64,000 nt of DNA from Azolla caroliniana. Taxonomy: Eukaryota > Plantae > Polypodiophyta. Location: positions 15,934,001 through 15,998,000 of the forward strand of contig JBHGNT010000015.1 in the NCBI GenBank assembly GCA_043228905.1, written 5' to 3'. The notes beneath the pieces were generated by a model, which worked only from the letters and a program-made list of their open reading frames with translations, searched no databases and was not told where the DNA came from. Below are positions 57,701 through 64,000 of the stretch, piece after piece. Position numbers and translations under genes: made by a program. Numbering within the stretch: position 1 is the stretch's first letter; each line of letters opens with the position of its first letter.

Positions 57701-60671
57701 ACATCTCCGAAAAGAACAACACCATGGCTGATATGCTCTCAAGAGCACGGTTCGAGAACGAGGACGACATGGTGTTGGAAGATGAAGAGGTTGGCATGGA
57801 CTTCTTCGAGTCAGCTCAAATGTCAGCGAACAAGCGGAGCACACCGACCTTGAACGAGTTCAACAAGGACGACTACGATGGGGAATGGCTTCTGATCCGA
57901 ACATTCCTGAGGATGATAACAACGAACGCGTCATGGATGAAAGAAGAAGCGAGTCGACTTCGGAAGAAAGCTTACAAATTCTTCCTACGAGGTGGGAAAA
58001 TCTGGTGGCATATGAGGAAGCAGAATGGCGCACCACTCCGGGTGGTGGTGTGGGAAGAAACCAATCGGTGTTGATGACGGAGTTCCACGAGAATACTTGG
58101 TCCGGACATCTGTTGTCCACCCTATTGAGAAACAAGGCGAAGACTAAGGGCAGACTAGTGGATAAGCGAATTATTATAATAGAAGTGTTAAGAAGCGCAT
58201 GTAACGGTTCACGCATGAAGCGTAACCGTCTATGCCCTGCATATATAAAGGACATAGGAACATTATAAAGAGCTAGTGTAGTTTTGGTGTGTAATTTGTC
58301 TAATATATTTGTACTGTCTTTTCTAAACTCTGTGTCGAGTACCCTCTGAACTATGTGTCGATTCGGAAGCGTATATGTGTTTAGGGTAAGGGGTGTATTT
58401 GTAAACAGTAAGAAGGGGGATTCGGTTATAGACATCTCTTGATAATGCCTTAACCTCATGGCCACTCAGTGACGTTATATCCCTTCCCTTGGATTAAGCC
58501 TAGATGCACTACGCTATCTATTCTCTGTACCCCGAAGGACTGAGGGTAGGCCGTGTTCCTAATTGGTAACACTTTTGACACGCCTGGTGATCTGTGATTC
58601 CCACAGGCGAGCATCAGGGAATGAATGTCTAGCCGCCGATGCACCTGAGAACCCACTCAACAAGACCGACCGTAGACCCGATCCTTAACCCGAAAAGAGG
58701 AAGAACGCACAACACAAAAATCACGCCCCAACGACTATGTTTCGTCTCTCTCGGAGTATACGCTACAATCTACGCTCACCGAACAAAGCGGCACTGTGCA
58801 AGAGGTCCCATCTCCATTGGACTAGTATAGTGAAACTGCCACTTCTCCGAAAATCCCACATCGCGTCGACAATACTCTCCCAAATGTCCCAAATGCTAGC
58901 CTATTGACCGGAATGGTTTTCTTATACCCTCGCTTCAACGGAGATACTGGCGCCGAGAGCCATGCTCAGTCATTCCTCAATGTTTGGAAAGCCAACCATA
59001 TGGCGCTGCAACTTCCATAGGCAAAAGCCGACGCATCAAAAATCGCAAAGTTTGGGTTAACCCTGGATGGGCGAGCTGTCCGCTCGCATTCCCAATTCGA
59101 CATCACGTCATTCGCCTCTTTCAATCAGCTCCAATCATTGTTTTTACAATTCTTTTAGCGAAGCATTCCCCAACACAAGATCACCAGCCAATTTTATATG
59201 ATAAAACAGCTTTCGCAAGAGTCCGTGGCGGACTTCAGTCTACGGTTCCAGAGTTTACGGCGGTAGCTAGCACACGCTCCAACAGAGAATGAAGCAAAAG
59301 AAACATTGTTGACGCCATTACAACGTTAGATACAATCATAGAACGTGCGTTGCAGCTCAAGTTATAAGAGGAGGACGATGGTTTTCTATGGCATCACTCC
59401 GCCAAGCACTACCCAAGGACAAGGAATATTGTTTCCGCCAAGCCATTCAATGCACAATCTGCTTGAACTCCGAGCAGTCCGTGGTAGATTGTAATATGTA
59501 GATACACTACCCCATTTTTCATTCACGAGTGCACACGGTGGACCACTGCGAATATAACATGTTGAATAGGCCCACACCGTCAGTTCAGTGTATGGAGCCT
59601 CATCGGCATAACCGCCATAATTCTCATAGACATATGCCACAGAGGAAGGTAGGGATTGAACTCTATTGGGCAAACCCTACCACTTGAGCTACATATGCAT
59701 CCTTGTATTTAATTCAACTTCATATAGTGTAGATTGAACATTGGAAGTTCCTAGCTTACATGCATTCTCATTCTCTAGCTTGCATGCATCCTCATGCATT
59801 CTCTATTGCATGCATCCTCATGCGTACTCTATTGCATGCATCCTCATGCACTCTATTTCTAGTTGGCTTACATAGCCTACCCTCTTGTATAAATACTCAT
59901 GTGCACCTTGATTCTAATCAAGGTGTAGAACAGAAGTTACGGATTCTATAAGTTGAGTTCTTGTTCTTTTCCTCTCTCTTGTTCCCCAATCTTATCTTCA
60001 TTCTACTCTATTATACTTGTCCCTGACAACAATGACCAAGGCCGACAAGAGGAGTGCTACCATAACTCGGAGCGGAATCAACGTGCGGGAAGGCTAAACC
60101 ACCTCCGTCGCAACAACGACCCTTATCCGGACGAGGAGCAGGAAGAAGAGGAGTATCCGAGCAATGACTGTTGTAATCCTTGGGGAGGGTGCCGCTATGA
60201 TAACTGGCATACCACCAACAATCGTTGTGGATAGGCAAAGCCCCGTTCGTACGGAGGAAATCACCAATCATGGAATTAGCGTAATAATGATGAAAGGTAG
60301 GAGGAAGAACGACGCCAGGATCGTCGTCGAGAGTATCGTGAGAAGCCCCGGAACAACAAGCGGTTTTAGCGACCCCGGGAAGAACAGACGCCACCTGTGG
60401 ACACCACCGTAGCCCCCGGTCATTGAAAAAGGTGAGTCCAACGTTCACTATTTTAATTATCAACAGCCATGTCGTTACGCAACTCAATGCCCACGACGCG
60501 ATAAAGGGAAAGGGCCAGCGGTGATACAATCACGATAGAAGTCCATCAAGTTACAACCTGCAGCAAGGCGAAAAAACACGGACTGGACGGAGCAAGACGA
60601 GATCCGAAAAGCTTCACAAGCCTGGGTAGAGAAGGCAAATGAAGCCAATGTTGAACGGATGTGGCAAGAGT

Positions 60672-60771
60672 NNNNNNNNNNNNNNNNNNNNNNNNNNNNN
60701 NNNNNNNNNNNNNNNNNNNNNNNNNNNNNNNNNNNNNNNNNNNNNNNNNNNNNNNNNNNNNNNNNNNNNNN
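60672..60771. other. Assembly gap (100 N) flanked by a near-identical 1.44-kb duplication
   Basis: 59232-60671 equals 60772-62209 except for homopolymer lengths. Confidence 0.95.
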
Positions 60772-62405
60772 ACTTCAGTCTACGGTTCCAGAGTTTACGG
60801 CGGTAGCTAGCACACGCTCCAACAGAGAATGAAGCAAAAGAAACATTGTTGACGCCATTACAACGTTAGATACAATCATAGAACGTGCGTTGCAGCTCAA
60901 GTTATAAGAGGAGGACGATGGTTTTCTATGGCATCACTCCGCCAAGCACTACCCAAGGACAAGGAATATTGTTTCCGCCAAGCCATTCAATGCACAATCT
61001 GCTTGAACTCCGAGCAGTCCGTGGTAGATTGTAATATGTAGATACACTACCCCCATTTTTCATTCACGAGTGCACACGGTGGACCACTGCGAATATAACA
61101 TGTTGAATAGGCCCACACCGTCAGTTCAGTGTATGGAGCCTCATCGGCATAACCGCCATAATTCTCATAGACATATGCCACAGAGGAAGGTAGGGATTGA
61201 ACTCTATTGGGCAAACCCTACCACTTGAGCTACATATGCATCCTTGTATTTAATTCAACTTCATATAGTGTAGATTGAACATTGGAAGTTCCTAGCTTAC
61301 ATGCATTCTCATTCTCTAGCTTGCATGCATCCTCATGCATTCTCTATTGCATGCATCCTCATGCGTACTCTATTGCATGCATCCTCATGCACTCTATTTC
61401 TAGTTGGCTTACATAGCCTACCCTCTTGTATAAATACTCATGTGCACCTTGATTCTAATCAAGGTGTAGAACAGAAGTTACGGATTCTATAAGTTGAGTT
61501 CTTGTTCTTTTCCTCTCTCTTGTTCCCCAATCTTATCTTCATTCTACTCTATTATACTTGTCCCTGACAACAATGACCAAGGCCGACAAGAGGAGTGCTA
61601 CCATAACTCGGAGCGGAATCAACGTGCGGGAAGGCTAAACCACCTCCGTCGCAACAACGACCCTTATCCGGACGAGGAGCAGGAAGAAGAGGAGTATCCG
61701 AGCAATGACTGTTGTAATCCTTGGGGAGGGTGCCGCTATGATAACTGGCATACCACCAACAATCGTTGTGGATAGGCAAAGCCCCGTTCGTACGGAGGAA
61801 ATCACCAATCATGGAATTAGCGTAATAATGATGAAAGGTAGGAGGAAGAACGACGCCAGGATCGTCGTCGAGAGTATCGTGAGAAGCCCCGGAACAACAA
61901 GCGGTTTTAGCGACCCCGGAAGAACAGACGCCACCTGTGGACACCACCGTAGCCCCGGTCATTGAAAAAGGTGAGTCCAACGTTCACTATTTTAATTATC
62001 AACAGCCATGTCGTTACGCAACTCAATGCCCACGACGCGATAAAGGGAAAGGGCCAGCGGTGATACAATCACGATAGAAGTCCATCAAGTTACAACCTGC
62101 AGCAAGGCGAAAAACACGGACTGGACGGAGCAAGACGAGATCCGAAAAGCTTCACAAGCCTGGGTAGAGAAGGCAAATGAAGCCAATGTTGAACGGATGT
62201 GGCAAGAGTCCGGCCACAGTGCCACACATATGTGAGACATGGTATTAACGCCAAACCCAATATGGCAAGCACTAACCGATTGTGAAATTACGTTGACCAT
62301 GGAAAAATTATTACGACTTGTCCCTCAATTCCGACAAACCGTAGAAAACTGGATGCGGGGCTCGGACAGACTAGATATTTCGGCCAATTATACAAAGTCT
62401 AGCAC

Positions 62406-62441
<36 letters not shown>

Positions 62442-62764
62442 TGGTGGATCACCACAACCCAGCTATCAAGGTGGTGCTGCAAGGGCAAGAAATCACGGGA
62501 TGCATTGTCAACGGAGGTTCCGGAGTGAATGTGATCAGTATAACCACATGTAACCACCTCCGAGGTATTATTGAATGGGAGGCATGCCCATTTCAGGTTC
62601 CCTTTGAAATTTCTGCCGTTGTGTTGGCTTTTGCCTCCAGGGGCGTATCCGATCTTGTTAGGAAGACCATGGTTGCGTTCTTCTAACATCAAGCACAACT
62701 GGCAACACAACTGCATTAGCTCCAGGTACCGACACAAGAGAACTCCGCACCTACAAAAGCAATA

Positions 62765-63916
62765 ATGCCACTATACGCGGAAGAAATTAACATGCTAGAA
62801 GGGTTGGAGGACATGGAACTCGAAGCATACCTGGATGAAAATCCGTGGATAGTACCGTTGTTTGAAATAGACGTCCTCGAGACTGCTAGCGAGTACATCC
62901 CAACGAGTGCTCCGAACAATGATAAATACGAACTAGATCCAAAATCTATGTTGGAGCTGAGCAAGGCATGGGAGGCGTTTGATAGGGAGATGGAAATATC
63001 ACGAAGAGTCACAACGTCGACCTTGGAGGAAATCAATTTAGGGCCAGCCGAGGTACCAAGGCTACTAACAATCGCAAAGGACTTGACGCCAAGAGAAAAA
63101 ATGGCCATGACTGAGTTGTTACGGGAGTTTAAAGATGTCTTTGTGTGGTCACATGAGGACATGAAGGGGCTAGAACCAAAATTTTACCAACACAAAATTA
63201 ACTTGGGCAATGATGTGAAACTAGTTCAACAGAGATGTTATCGCATGAACCCGAACTACATAGCACGCGTAAAACAGGAAATTTACAAACTCTTGAAAGA
63301 TGGATTTATTCGGCCGGTAAACCAAGCGACATGTCTTAGTCCAATAGTGGTCGTACCAAAGAAAAATGGCAAAATACGGGTATGTGTCAACTACCGCAAG
63401 TTAAACGTTGTCACAATCACCGACGCATTCCCCTTGCCATTTACGAATAGTGTACTAGACGTAGTCGCAGGTCACGACATGTACAATTTTCTGGATGGGT
63501 TTGGCGGGTATAACCAAATACGTATGCACTTGGAGGATCAGGAGAAAACCGCTTTTGTAACCAAATGGGGCATCTTTGTGGCTGTGGTAATGATATTCGG
63601 ACTAAAGACCACTCCAACCACGTTCCAACACACCATTGCGGAGATTTTCGGCGACTTCGTCCCTCCGTTCATGCAAGTCTTCCTAGACGGCTTTGCGGTC
63701 TATGGGACGCGAGGGGATCACTTGACCAATCTAAGGCTATGTTTAGAACGATGCCGTACTTCGCGCCTCAGCCTCTACCCAGCCAAGTGGGCATTCGGGG
63801 TCAAGAGCAGAACCCTTCTCGGGCACATAGTGAGCAAGGACGGTATAGCAGTGGACCCTGACAAAATCAAAGCCATAGTCGAGGCTAACACCCCTAGTAA
63901 TGCAAAGGCCCTTTGA
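62765..63916 (+). pseudogene. G5 reverse transcriptase (degenerate)
   Basis: SPIVVVPKKNGKIRVCVNYRKLN, FLDGFGGYNQI, IFGLKT, VFLDGF (catalytic DD altered), LLGHIVS. Confidence 0.85.
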
Positions 63917-64000
63917 CATTTTTTAGGGAAAATCCGGTGGCACAATCGAATGCTCCGTTATTTGGCGGATTTCGGAAACACCGCTACAAGCTGTGGTGCA

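Larger units (their letters stand above)
8634..58110 (+). mobile_element. Gypsy G1 (outermost, degenerate): LTR ~8634-9230, gag 9250-10713, PR 14925-15533, RT 15600-17485, RNase H/integrase start 57288-58110
   Basis: LTR-like start TCTCGTGAAG after GCGT. Gag (GRFNEKDATNYLEAFKAE, CMWC), protease-like INHG, RT WFTVPKKNG..FLDD. Frames continue across the insertions at 10714 and 16057. Linking 17485 to 57288 is inferred from domain order. Confidence 0.7.
58111..64000 (+). mobile_element. Gypsy G5 (non-chromovirus, different family), running off the window
   Basis: LTR-like TGTTG..TAACA 58111-58571, degenerate PBS ~58576-58589, gag remnants, protease-like IVNGGSGVN, pol 62765-63916. Confidence 0.75.

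Noticed and set aside
59232-62209. 1.44-kb direct repeat flanking the N gap
   Set aside because: Copies differ only in homopolymer lengths and abut a 100-N gap, typical of an unmerged contig overlap.
62408-62440. C33 homopolymer / polyproline
   Set aside because: Slippage or sequencing expansion within a dead element; it frameshifts the protease region.

Overview
Eukaryotic, land-plant-type DNA (probably a non-seed plant; the species cannot be assigned from sequence alone). It holds one intact cellular gene, an intronless, bacterial-like type II flavin-containing monooxygenase (5590-7419). The rest is mainly a deeply nested stack of decayed and recent LTR retrotransposons (Ty1/copia and Ty3/gypsy), plus a LINE remnant, a CACTA-like terminus and a 100-N assembly gap with an artefactual flanking duplication. 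The nesting order was rebuilt from LTR termini, PBS/PPT and target-site duplications (TSDs). Most notable signals: (1) a tRNA-Trp-primed gypsy family with a conserved slippery heptamer plus H-type pseudoknot between protease and RT (candidate -1 ribosomal frameshift, with covariation); (2) the same family always inserts at 4-bp targets centred on CpG; (3) a regularly spaced hairpin array in a young chromovirus leader; (4) the probably horizontally acquired FMO, with a gene-less duplicate of its locus 4 kb upstream. All identities and alignments were judged by eye.
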